DNA of 64,000 bases from Camelus ferus (GCF_009834535.1 NC_045697.1:108564001-108628000), one strand, 5' to 3'; counted from the first letter of the stretch, positions 24,629 to 38,140 are shown. Notes: generated from the letters alone by a model not told the origin. Numbers and translations are program-made.

Positions 24629-27144
24629 TAAATTTAGGAATCCCAGTCTCATTTGCTATTGCTTGATCCCCCCATGCCTGGGTCCCTGGGACGTTTTAGT
24701 CAATATGTGTGCAATTAGGACTCAGGTAACTCTTGCCTGGTTTTCCTTTCTTGGTCTCTGAGGCCAAACGAGTACCTCATTTAGATGAATATGCCAGAGA
24801 ATCACTATTCACAGGTTGACTCTCAGAAACAAGCATTCCATCTTCCTCTTCAAATTCTTGGCAGGAAGGCTGAGTGGACATATTGGGGGAAGATACTGCC
24901 TGACTGCACTGCACCCAGTGCACCTTCCGAAAATGTGTATCTGAATTGAAAAAGAAACAATATTTAAATTCTAACATGTGCCAGGCACTGGGGATACAAT
25001 GCTGACCAAAGATATAAGCCCTGTAACCCAAAAAGCAGAGTACAGTGGCTATAAAGATACTATATTTTTTTTAAATATGAGACAACCATCTACCCTAATC
25101 AGACCTTTGTAAGATATATAGATGAGAAAAACTTCTAGAAGTTATATAATCATAGTAGGAACCGGGTAAAACAAACTTCACTGTAGTCCATTTCCATCAC
25201 TACATACCAATGTCTACAGTGACTGAAAAAGCATCCGAAAAATAAATAAATAAATAAAAGCAAATCCATCACCATCACTAACAAAATAATCAAACATGTA
25301 AAATACTCATTTTAATACCAAGAAACAATTACAATACACTTAAAACTATTCTTTCTTTTTTAGTGAAGACTAAGAGCTATTATTTTTTAAATAGTAATAA
25401 CTACCATGATTTCCTTACAAAGATCTTTTCTAGTTATAATGAAATAAAGCAACACTGTCATGATGATTCAATCAGTAAACTAGATCCCTTATGTAATGAT
25501 CTGTAATTTTTCAGACAAGAAATTTTTAAAATTTTTCAGGTTATAGAACAGTATTTCTGGACAAACCTAACAAGGCAGTGGTTGTAAAACACTCTCAAAC
25601 TTCCAAACACCCTCAATTTCAGTACAAACAATGCTGTGTTGTACACTCAATCTAAAACTAAGAAGAAGCATTGTGGGTCGGTCACAACTCGAATTCCTTA
25701 TCACAATGACGACGGCCTAAGGATTTTACCACTAAACTCAGCCATTCAAATAACCGGGAAGACAATAATGGTGGTCACTGCTCTCCAAAACTGCTGATTT
25801 TCAGATCTGTTTGAAGGAATATCTCTTAGAACTTCCAAGTTTCTGGAAAGGATTCCTTCATTCTGAAGTTATTCCTCTCACCTAAGCAAAAGTAGGTTAA
25901 CTCAAAAGAATAATAATAATTAATTGAAAGTCATAAAAAACATGCCTTAATTTTTCTACTACAGCAGTTTGATTACTGCAGACACAGAAACTAAAATATT
26001 AACACGGAATCTCACAGGTGAAGAAGCCTGTTTTATATTCAAACTAGTAAAGATATTCCCACCACATTTATGTAATCAGCAAACATTACAGAGTGCCCAC
26101 TAGGGACCAACTCTGTGCTAGGTACAGCACATTCATTTAATCTACAACCCTGACATCGTCACTTCCATTTTACAAAACAGGAAATAGCCTTGGATTAAGG
26201 TCACTTAGATTACAAAGATTTACAGTTAGTAAGATTTAGTAACATGTTTGAAATTCAGACATGTCTGAGCCAAGGTTTATGTTCATTCCACTAGACCGAC
26301 CTGTCTTCCAACGTGGCATAATAAAAATCTCGAAGCACCACGAGAAAGGGCACAGGTGACAGTAACATGACATCGCTGCAACTCTTTCATATAAAAGCTC
26401 CTCCTAAGATAGGGACCATTCTCCTTTCTCAGAGCCCTAAACATCACCTTTCTTCCAATCAGGTCCTTAATACTTCTTAAGAGTGAAAGAGGTTCTCAGA
26501 CCAAAAATCTGAACACTGCTGGTCTGGGTGGGCAGGTACGTTATAAGCCATACAAAGATGAATAAATTCTTGAGCTGGAAAGCTTAAGACTATTCTTATT
26601 TAACCCCCTGATTTTACAGCTGTAGAAATTGAATCTAGAGATTTAAAGGCCCTGCCCAAGATCGCAACAGCTGAGGAAGGGAAGAGCTGAATTAGAAGGC
26701 CTCAGGTCTGCTTGCTAGTAGGTCATAAGCATGGTATGTGAAAAATGGACCTCAAAGGGTATGGTATGTAAGAACTAACACAGATCAAGCGCTTATATCA
26801 GCAGGTGTTCAACAAATGCCAGTGTTCTGATGAAAGAGGACCAAATCTCTGCTTAAATCCTTTCCGTGATCGGCAGCCTCCACGACCTGAGCCACACATT
26901 GTACTTTTTGATCAACTTTACACTTACTTCTTCCTTTACCAAAGCTGAAATCTCTGTCCTTGAATTTCTACTTGGCATGGCCTCCCTGGTTGCCACAAAA
27001 ATCAAATTTAATCCTATATGCTATCTAGCTTATTCTTCAAACATAACCACTCTAATTTCACTACATCATTCTTGACGTGGCAAGATTTTAACTCCCCCAC
27101 CACCCTATTTGTCTTTCTCAAAGAGCTCCAACTGACTGCTTCCC

Positions 27145-27645
27145 TCCAAGAGAAGAGATATCTGCACTCCCAGGTTCACTGTAGCATGATTCACTGCGGC
27201 TATGATACAGAATCAACCTAAGAGTCCGCTAATGGATGAATGGATAAAAAAGATGTGGTGCATATACACATACATACATATACATAGAAACAGAGAAGAA
27301 AAGTGACTGCTGGGGGCTGGGGAAAATATGGCAAGGTTGGTAAGAGGGTACAAGCTTTCGGCTATAAGATTAACAATGTCTGAGGATTTAGTGTAAAGCA
27401 GGGTGACTATAGTTGATAACACTGTATTATAAAATTGAAATTGGTAAGGGAGTAGAATTTAAATGTTCACACCAAAAGAAAGAGAGAGAAATATGTGAAG
27501 TGAGGTAATGAATGTGTTAATTAACTAGATGGGAAAATTCTTTCACAATGTATACGTATATAAAATCACCACAATGTACACTTTACATATCTTAAAATTT
27601 TAGGTCAATTATACCTCAATAAAGCTAAAATTAATTTTAAAAAAG
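27145..27645 (+). mobile_element. L1MA-type 3' end
   Basis: atatctgcactcccaggttcactgtagca...gggtacaagctttc...ggtcaattatacctcaataaagct. Confidence 0.88.
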
Positions 27646-28199
27646 AACATTCTGATAACCCAGAACCCCCCTAGTGACTTAACAGAAACTAGCCTGTTTC
27701 ACCCACAAGGATAGCCACTGTCATGACTTTTAACACCAAGATTAATTTTTCCTGTTTCTGAAATCTATATAAATAAAATAATACATTTATACTCTTGTAT
27801 AACTTGTGTCTTTTTTAAGGTTTATTTGTTTGTTTTTTGCTCAGCATTATGCACTCTCATTGCTGTATATAGTTTCTATAGTGTAAAAATACCAATGGTA
27901 AAAATACCATTTAAAAGTTCTACCTCTGATGGGCATTTGTATAAGATAATCAAGTTTGATAATTGCTGTTATTTGGAAAAATCTGTACTCTTCATATGTT
28001 TGACAAATTTTTATTTCTCCAATTAAATTTTTTTAATTACAGTTGGTTAATCATCATCGACAATTTATATAATTTTGGCTTTCAAATATGATCCGAACAG
28101 ATAAACTAGCATACTCTGGTATAATACACCATTACTACCTTTCCTAAGTGAACTATGATATAGCACTAAGGAATCAAATAGCAAATAAGGGAAAGCATC

Positions 28200-28810
28200 T
28201 CTTTATAAAATTATTTATGTTAGTAAATGAAAAAGAAATGAGAGAATTCAAAGACTAACACTCTGCAATCTCCAATAAATTAATGGATGAAGGCATCGAA
28301 TATTAACAGCTACTAACATCATAGAAGGAAGGACACCAGACACTAGGTGACTGACTTTTAATGAAGTAACACCACGCCCTGACAGAGGGATCAAACCAAG
28401 CCCAATCAAGCCTCTGGATCCAACTGCCAGTTTGAGGAAGCAAAAAGGATGGATGAATGTGCTAAACTGTACTATGTGTATGCAATCAGTCAAATCCAGA
28501 CTGAAAAACAGATCAAACAGGTAAATTTCAAGAAAGGTATGAAAAATGAATCTGTAGACTAAAACAGACTTAAAAGAAACAGCTAGTCTTTTTTAAATGG
28601 TCAAGATTAAACACTAATACCTAGGGAGACATACTTCAGTAAGAGAATCATAAACAAAAGGAAGTGATTTCTGTAAGAGTAACTTCGAGGAAAGGACTTA
28701 ATTAAAGGAAGGGAAGGGGCTATGATTGAGTCAGGGCACATGGAGGATCTTCTGGGATAGTTGGCAAACTTCTATGTATTGAGCTTTGTGGTAGCTATAA
28801 GAATGTATTA
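28200..28810 (+). mobile_element. Old L1MC/ME 3'UTR fragment
   Basis: aagcccaatcaagcctctggatccaactgccagttt, tgtagactaaaacagacttaaaaga. Confidence 0.6.
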
Positions 28811-28829
28811 TCTAGCAATATATTAAAAA

Positions 28830-29915
28830 AAAAAAGAAGCTAATAAACGGGCAGAATATCTGAGTAAACATTTTTCCAAAGAAGACATACAGATGGCTAA
28901 CAGGCTTCTAAAAAAGATGCTCAACATTGCTAATCATCAGAAAATACAACTCAAACCACAATGAGATATCACCTCACACCTGTCAAAATGGCCATCATCA
29001 AAAAGTCTACAAATAATGTAAACTGGCAAGGATGCAGAGAAAAGGGAACCCTAGTACACTGTTGATGGGAATGTAAACTGGTGCAGCTACTATGGAAAAC
29101 AGTATGGAAGTTCTTCAAAAAAACTAAAAATAGAACTACCGTATGACTCAGCAATTCCACTCCTACATATATATCTGAAAAAAAACCAAAAATCAAAAAA
29201 AACCCCACTATTCGAAAAGATATATGCACCCCAACGTTCACAGCAGTATTATTTACAATTGCCAAGATACAGGAAGCAACCTAAGTGTCCATCAATAGAT
29301 GAACGCATAAAAAAAGATGTGGGGGGTGTGTGTGTGTGTGTGTGCGCGTGCACATGCACGCGCACACACACACAGGGAGAGGAATATTATTCAGCCATAA
29401 AAAAGAAATGAATTTCTGAAAAGAATATGAAAACAGATATATGTATATGCATGACTGGGACACCGTGCTGCTGTACATCAGAAATTGACACACTGTAATT
29501 GACTCACTTCAATTGAAAAAAAAAAGGAAAAAGGAAGAATGAAATTCTGCCATTTCCAACAACATGGATCGACCTAGAGGGTATTATGCTTAGTGAAATA
29601 AGACAGAGAAAGACAAATACTGTCTGTTATTTATATGTGGAATCTAAAAAATAAAATGAATGAATATAACAAAACAGAAACAGACTCACAGATACAGAAA
29701 ACAAAGTAGTAGCTATCAAGGGGGAGAAAGAAGGGAGTAGAGGCAAGATGGGGTAGGGGATTAAGAGATACAAACTAGTATGTATAAGGTAAGTTAACAG
29801 TGATGTATTATATAGCACAGGGAAATATAGCTGTTATTTTACAGTAACTTTAAATGAAACAATCTATAAAAATACTGAATCACTATGTTGTAGACCAGGA
29901 ACTATTGTAAATCCA
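28830..29915 (+). mobile_element. L1 ORF2 end + 3'UTR containing a nested younger L1 tail (~29419-29534)
   Basis: aaagaagacatacagatggctaacagg...gggaaccctagtacactgttgatgggaatgtaaactggtgcag...acagggaaatatagc. Confidence 0.93.
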
Positions 29916-31693
29916 CTACAGTATGATTAGAATCTTAATGATTCTAATAGAAACTATTTAGGACAATATTCACTCACTGCTCCTACAGCAGTATAACAGC
30001 TGCCAAATTTGCCAAAAATTTAACAAACTTGGGAATGCAACATACAGCTTGAAGCCAGTTAATTTACTTCTAGACACCTCTTCATTCCATGATTCCACAA
30101 GCAATGTTCAGAACAGTAATTCACTTTTGCAGCTGGGTAATAAGCCACAGCTGCCAGAGCACTGGGCTTTTCTGGATTTCTTCTAATGTCAAAGAAATCC
30201 AGAAAAGTCACTTAATTTTGAAGAAATCTTTAGTATCTCATTTTAGAGTCACAAAGTTTGATTCTATTTTTCTAAAATTCAAAACTCCTGATTATATTAA
30301 AGCATAATCATAGACACTCTTTTCAGGTGTATGCTCTACTCCTTTTCCTTACCATTCTAAACAAAGTTTAATTAATCAAGAAATTATAACAAATTACCAA
30401 GTATGTGCCAGGAAATGAAGCAGATCTATAACATATAAAAAACAACAATCTTGCCCTTAAGATAGCTCGAAATCTAGTTGGAGATATAAGTAAGTACTAC
30501 TTGTGCTATCAAACAATTACTTGGTTTTGTGTTATGCTCTGGATATATAAAAGAAGTTCTAAGAAGGAAGAAATCCTGTGTGACCAGAAACATGACCCAG
30601 CTCTACACATGAAAGACACTCAATAAATACTAAAAGAAGGAACAAATTAATGAAAAAACTGGTGCAGTTGTGCATACACATAGAACTGAGTAGGGTCCTC
30701 AACAACCAGCAACACAAAATTTGCTCCTCGCCAAAGAAGAGCCCTAAAATATATATACACACCTGCAGTATTTCATCGATTCTAAAAGACACATATTTGT
30801 TGTCATATCTCACTTCTCAGAAATTGATGGCATGCCGTAATTTAAACAGCAGCATTTTTTCTTTTCTAATAGTTAAAATAAATGTGTACCTCAAGCTTCT
30901 TATATTTGATCAAACACATCAATCGATTCTAAACAAATGTTAGCATATGTAATACGATTTCAAAATCAATCACTTCTACATGCAAATTTGGATCCGTAAT
31001 TATAGCTTTTATTATAACAGCTCAAAAACTTAATGAAAGCCAATGAAACACTGCAATGTCAAATCCTATGAGTTCTGAATCTTACAGTCAAAACATAAAA
31101 GAACATAATTACAACCACTACAAACTCATATAGCACATCTTCCATAAAATGTAGAGCATGCATATTCTCCAACGTTACTGCAAATGGTACTGTGGGGTAA
31201 ATAACTGCACATAATGTAAAAAAATCTCAGTTACAGAAATACTGAAGATAGTCTTTCTTTTTTACACTAAAAGGTAGCAGTCTGGGGAAAAGAAAATAAT
31301 CTTTGTTGCTGTATTTTTATCTATAAATAGAAAAATAAAATGATGACCATCTTAACAGGTAGAAATTTTACTGAAAAAACAAATAGAAAAGTGTTAACTT
31401 CATATTAACCAAATTAATTTCATATTCATTTATAATTACTCTAAAGGAAAACTCTTATAATAAACATAATGCAGTAACATAAAACAAGCAACCTGGCAAT
31501 ATTTTATTTTGACCGAAGGAGATGCCATGTTTTTTCAAAAAATAAACAATGAATTTGCCGATGCCTGACTATTATCAGGTAGCTAGGGAAACATTTTATA
31601 GTCTTGGAAAAGTGCAAACAGGCATGAATTAAACTGCTGACACAGCATCCTTCCCTTGAAAGCAGCGCTAGTCTAATTAGAATAGGAACTTAC

Positions 31694-31744
31694 ATCAAGG
31701 AAAGAGCTTCCCTGCCAATCTTTGGTCATTATCAGCCTCAATAT
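31694..31744 (-). other. Candidate 51-nt alternative upstream FBXW7 exon containing an ATG
   Basis: attctgttctattcag|ATATTG...CCTTGAT|gtaagt; stop-free in phase 0 (ILRLIMTKDWQGSSFLD); lies in apparently non-repetitive sequence. Supported only by splice motifs. Confidence 0.4.
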
Positions 31745-34700
31745 CTGAATAGAACAGAATATGAACTAGTGAAACATAAATCAATTAAGGAAAGAATAAA
31801 CCTTAAATCAGTAGGAGAACCTGCATGTATTTATGCACCTACAGGTATGTATGTGCGTGTGTAGGAATTATGATAGTCAGGACAGGAATTAAGATAAGAA
31901 TTACACAGTCAGTGAATCTGACTTTTGCTACATACAGGGATAGTCATTTAATCTTTGCAGTCTCAAGATTCATCACTAGAAAAGGAAGTAACGTTTGTTG
32001 AATATCTGCTATATACCAACCACTGTGCTAGATGTTTTACGTAAATTATCTCAATCTCCAAAAGAATCCTACCAGATAGTTAGTATTATCCTCACATAAC
32101 CAAAGCTCAGTCACCTAAATTTGATTCACTTGGCCAGGCCAAACTCCAAAGCCCTTTTCCTTTACTACACAGTACTATATAAATATAAGCACGAACGTGC
32201 ACAAATACAGTCCAATACATGACTGATGACACAGCAATGGGATAGCTAGAGACAACTGTCTATTTTTCTACATAACATGTTTCTGTACTGAGAATTAGTC
32301 CATTCTTTCATCATTAAGGGATGAGATCAGTAAAATGTGAAAGTCACATTGGTCCAGAAAGAATTTTCTCCAGCATAGTAATGTTTTAAAGCCATCAGGG
32401 ATGAGCTTTCTCACAGAAAGAGCCTTAGCAATATATGATGACCTTAAGGAAAAAAACCCCTGAAAATCCTGCGGAAGAGAGCAAGCAGAGGCTGGTTAAC
32501 GGCTTCAAGAACTGCTAGGATTTCTACAATGTCAGACTATCTGGCCAAGCTGTGAGTATAAATAAGCCATGAAAATATTTCCGCATGTTTACCGTAAAAA
32601 AGGGGGGGGGGCGGGGTGGTGAAGAGGACAGATAAAGAAGGCTACATCCTGGATAAGAATTTTTAATTTTCACGATTTATCTTAAACAGAATTGAATGCC
32701 CTTGTGGACCTACATTTCAAAGGAGAAGACTAACTGACGTTGGGTGCAAATGGTTAGTTATATCAAAATTTTATGAGAACTGTTACCAGTTTTGTTAGTA
32801 CAGAGATTACAAAGCTGCATAGGCCTGAGTGGCTTGTCCCTATTTTTAGGGTATGATTTTGCAGAACTTTAGGTTTTTTCCAGAGACACATATATTGCTT
32901 TACAAGAGGACTGCCAGTATTATGGTATTTAACAAAATCCGGTGTCACCACCTGCTTTATTCAGACCCAGTCTAAGTTCTTCAGTATTTGCTGTTACAGG
33001 GGGAAAACCAACGTATACTGAGAGGTTAAGTAAACTTTATTGCTGTTAAACACTTAAGAATTACTTCGTCAAACCAAATCATTGCCCATTTTTATCTTTG
33101 CTTTGAGAAATAATAGTTAAGAGTGAAATACTTGGAATAAACAAAAACCAGAAATTAACATTTAAAAATGCAGATTATATTAACAGAATTAAAATATATG
33201 ATCTCAAAATTATGCTAAATTATTAATTCTACTATATACTATGTACTAAAAAAACAAATATTTTGAGTCAGTTTTTAAATTTTTTTTTAAAATGCCACAA
33301 GGAGGATGACATTCCTTACAATAATCATCCAGGTTTTCCCCTTAGGAGTGATCTTTTTATTAGTCCACAGACAGCACACTTGAGATTATTTCCCTTATGA
33401 AAATGTCAAATTATTAAGGAGAAAACAGTATTTACCAATATTGGTCACAGAGAATACACTTTACTAAGCTGACTTCCTCATTTAAATCTCTCTCTGCAAC
33501 ATGTGTCTAAGATAACATTAATACTTTAAGAATGTCAAATCCTAATCAAATTTTAACTCTGGTAACATAAGTTACTAAAAGTTATCAAAAACGGAAAGTT
33601 ATTAAATTTCCACTGTGATAAAACAGAAAACAGGAACCAAAACTAAAGAGTCCTACATAAAATAAAGTATTTAACAACTCGAACTTACACTGCTAAGTAT
33701 TTTACTCTCCTCATTGAGATGACTGAAGATTTCAGACCTAGGCTCCTGTCAATCTTCTACCTCTCAATCTCAAAAAGTTTTGTTTCTTGACTCCTCCTTC
33801 CTTCTCTCCTCTCTGTGAAGAAAAAAGTGATCCCTATCATTTCCAAGACTAATATCAGCCCTTTTGATTTTGTCTACACCATACTTCCTCCAGAAAAGTG
33901 CTCTATTAATCATCTCCCTCCTGCTTAAAGGTTCAACTGCTTTAATCTCACTGGTCTCTCTTTCGTGAACATTCTCAAGTACGTGACATTGATTCTTGAA
34001 TGGAAAACAATGTAAATGAATGAAGCCTTACAAATAGGAAGCTGCCCTAATCCAACTCTATGGATTCAAGAAATAATAGAATTCAGTTTTCTTTTCAATT
34101 CACTCTTTAATAAAGCTCTAGTCACAGAATAAAGATAAAGGAGAAAGCAAAAGTCAGTATCAAAATGTGTAATAAGCAAAGGCCATATAGCAATGATTTC
34201 TATCTTTATTTTTCAGTAACCAAGGACTTCTTGGCTACTCCAAGATATATTTAAAAATTATCCCAGATATGATTTTAAGAAATGAATTTTAAAAGATACT
34301 TTAGAGAATGGACTGCCTATGACTTTCAACAACCAGTCAACACTCTGAAATTTAGGAATTAACTGCCTATAACAGTAGAGACAATATGTTATAAACCTTT
34401 GCCCTTATGCTTACTTATTTTTTCTTTTAAAAAATTAAACCAATCTATTTCTGAAACATTATCTTTAAAAGGGTAACACTGTGATTTTTATTTACTATTA
34501 ATCACAACTTTCGGTGTAAAGAGTAAGATTACAACCCTACCCCCACCCCCCACCCCCAAGTACTGTAATGTAACCTCAATCAGAATTCTGAGACTTTTCC
34601 TTCAAAGTTTGTAATTTTACACGTTTACAACTTACATGGATTGGGGGAAAAAATTAGAAAATTAGGAAAACTTTTAAGTGTGGAAGCAAAAGAGAAACAA

Positions 34701-35914
34701 AAAGGATACACTCGAAATTTCTCTATCACTATCACGCCCTTTTCCAGCCTCAAATAACTTCTTCCTCAGTTACTTTCTTGATTATTCCCAACTTATACAA
34801 AATCTAAATCATATCCAATCCTATTCCTAGACACTAAAGGAGATCACTTATTATATATTAATTATAACTGTCACACAAATCTAATCTAACAGCATCCTGA
34901 TCCAACAACAAGACAAAGCTGTAACATAGTAAACTACTTTCTATAAACCTCTATAGAACTAAACCACAATTACTCATGTCATTTTGTGCCTGATACACAC
35001 AGTTCTGATTTAAAGGGACAGGATACAATGTACTGTAAAGCCTAGAGTAATGATTTTGCTTGGCAAAGAACACAGGGATAACATCTAGTAAATCCAAGAC
35101 TAAAATCTATGGCCTTTAGACCCAACTCACTATGACAACCTGCTTCTCCTTAGATGCATTCTCTTTCCAGCTCCTATAGGATCTCCCGTTACCTAATTCA
35201 TGTAAGCAATTCAGTAACTATGAAACGCTCCTCCTTCTTGCAGGCCTTTCCTTCTCTTCCCTAAAATACAGTTGCTTTTAGGTTTCTGACTTTTCCTTTC
35301 TCATTCTACACACCTCCTCAGACTATTATATCCACCCTCATAGCTTCAGCTACCACCTACGGTGAGAGTTCTCAGTGTCATTGGAGTTAAAGATCACTGG
35401 AAGGGGCAGGAATGCTTGTTAAAATGCAGATTCCTAGGACCTATGACAAGAATAAAATCTACAACTCCTTCTAAATTCACGTCTTTTAAAACAGCTTCCC
35501 AAGGACTTCTCGCCAATACTCCCCAAAAGAATTAACTAACAACTTAAGGTTCCAACAGCTTCTATTCCATACCTATGTTCTGAAATACCTTAACTTTCTT
35601 GTTGTCTGTCTTTCCCAATTAGGACGGTAAACTCCCAGAAGGCCATTTTTTACTTCTCCATTTTATGATTTCCAGTGGTTTGCATAAGAAGTTAGCTATT
35701 AGCAGACTCTCAATAAATACCAGAATCACACATGTACTGTCCAGATTAGAAGATAACAAATGACTAAACAAAAACCATAAATAATTACTTATTATCTACT
35801 TTGCTCCACTCTTTGATAGTCTGAATTAGGAAGGCTTATACTAGTCTTTCTTGTTTCCCAAATTATGAACGCATATCCAAATTTCAGATGGTCCCAGATA
35901 AGACCAAGGATAAG

Positions 35915-36120
35915 AACATGGGCTTTGAAGTTAGACACTCGTGAAGTAAAAACCTAGATCCACCACTTACCATGATCTCAGGGAAGCTTGTAATGGCTGC
36001 AACTCTAAAACGAATTTTATAGTTAATAAACAGGTTTTAGGTGAGGATTAAAAGAGATAACATATATAAAGTACCCAACATCTGGCGTTTGGTGATAATT
36101 AGAACATGGTAGATGTTATT
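35915..36120 (+). mobile_element. MIR SINE
   Basis: gaacatgggctttgaagttagaca...ccaccacttac...gtgaggattaaaagagataacatatataaagtaccc. Confidence 0.75.
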
Positions 36121-36869
36121 CTTATTAAGCCATAATTTTTAAAGGAAACAAGGCATATGAAGGTGGGAAGATAAAACTTCCTTTCAGATATATTTTGGTA
36201 ACTTTTTTAACTAAGATAATACACAGATTCTATTTTTTAAAAATCTACTTAGCATTATAAATTAATTAAATTGCATTATTTATAATTAATTTAACTATAA
36301 AAATTTAATGATTTTTAATCAACTTAAAATTTTAAGCAACAACCTAAACCAGAGCTTTTTAGCTTAAAGTATCTACCCAACCAACTCTTACATACAGTAG
36401 TCGCTGGTCTTTAGGAGCCCAGTGATAAAGAAAAACTTATAAAATTGATGTTTTTCTTTCTTTTCTTAAAGCGTATTTTCCATTGCAGATTTCAATCCAA
36501 TCAAAATTTGGTAGGTGGGTACAGGTATAAATGTACATTTGCATAAATATACTCAATAGCAAATAAAAGAGGTAAGAACTGGTATAGACAGGTCCTTTTA
36601 AGATTTACAAAAATAATACTTGCTGCTTGCCACAGAAGCTTAACAGTTATTTCCAATAACTGGGTTTGTTAGCAACTTTTGACCTTACTATAAAGGTCAA
36701 ATCTAAGACCTAGTAGAAAATTTGAAAAATCTAGATGTGTAAAAAGAAATACTTTAAATTATCTATAAATCCCATCATCCAAAGATAATCACTTTATACA
36801 TTTGTTATATTTGCTTCCAGTCTCCCCTCTACAATGTGTAACAAACACATATTTTCAAAACTGATGTCA

Positions 36870-36951
36870 TAGTAGGTTAAACTCCATGAAAATGCTGGTA
36901 TTCAACCACTCGAACTACAAAAATGGCAATTTCATATGGTTCAATCTAATA
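36870..36951. mobile_element. MADE2-like mariner MITE (~80 bp, imperfect palindrome)
   Basis: tagtaggttaaactccatgaaaatgc...ggcaatttcatatggttcaatctaata; inverted ends with TA flanks. Confidence 0.8.
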
Positions 36952-37500
36952 CCATATGCACCACATGTGTATGGACGTGTAAGTATAATTTTATATTCTT
37001 CTTCTGAGAATTTATACTAAATCATGAGCATTTTTCTACATCTTCAAGATTCTTCCCAAATATGACATTTTGGGGCTGCACAGCAGCCTGAATAAATGAA
37101 TATAATAAACTCATTTGACCATTTCTCTGATGTTTGAAACTGAATTATTTCGGATTTTTCACAATTACAAATGACGCTGGTATGAACATCCTTGTGCCTG
37201 AATCTTTCTATAAGTATCTGACTTATTTCTGGTAGGACAAATTCCTAGAAGTAGGCTTACTGAGTCAAGTTCATGAACAATTTAAATATTACTTAAAGAT
37301 ATTCTTAAAATGCCTACCATTAAAAATTTTACATTCCCAATTTATATTTCACCATTAGTGTATGAGATTGCTCATTCCATATCAAAACTGTTTTTAAGAG
37401 TCTGAGAGATGATTTTACAAATCACCTATGGTTTTGTAAACCAATTCTCTGAGAAAGGAAAGCTGACAGAAAAGGTAAAACAGGAGCACATTCTCAACGC

Positions 37501-37684
37501 CAGCAGTTCTTAAAATTTGGTGTGCGTGTGAATCACCTAAGTGGAGTGTTCAAAAGTGAAAATCCCGAGATCCCATTTTAGTGATTCTGTCTGAGGGTTG
37601 TGATGTCTATCTGTGCTTTTAACTACCGTCCTGAAAGACAGAGAAGCACGTGATCTCTGAACCACACTTTGAGAAACATCACTG
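37501..37684. mobile_element. MER5-family hAT MITE
   Basis: cagcagttcttaaaatttggtgtgcgtgtgaatcacct...accacactttgagaaacatcactg. Confidence 0.75.
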
Positions 37685-37959
37685 TGAACAGAATACAAAT
37701 GCTTTAAATGAATAATTACTGCAGCAATGAAAAGTATATTCCAAATAGCTGAGGAACAAGTGAGTACATCACCTTTTTATTCAAGATACAAAAATTAGAT
37801 AGTCACATAATGCCTTTGTTTCTGTAGTCACTATTTAGTTCAAAGTGCAAATACTTTTAAAGTATACTAAAGTACAGTACTTTATCACAATTTAAAAACA
37901 AATATATATGCATGTATGTATACGTGTATATACATATGTATTTAAGGAGAAGTTTTAAC

Positions 37960-38140
37960 ATTGGTTCTGCTGTTTCCTAGCTGTGTGATTTAGGCTATAT
38001 AACCTCTCGGACACTCAATTTCCTCATCTTTAAAAATGACAATAAAAATACCTATCTCACAAATGATATAATTAAGACAGAAGTGCTTAGTACAGCACCT
38101 GGTCCAAATTAAGGGTTCAACAAATGTTTGTTATAATTAT
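37960..38140 (+). mobile_element. MIR SINE
   Basis: ctagctgtgtgatttagg...aacctctcggacactcaatttcctcatctttaaaaatg...gtgcttagtacagcacctgg. Confidence 0.85.
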
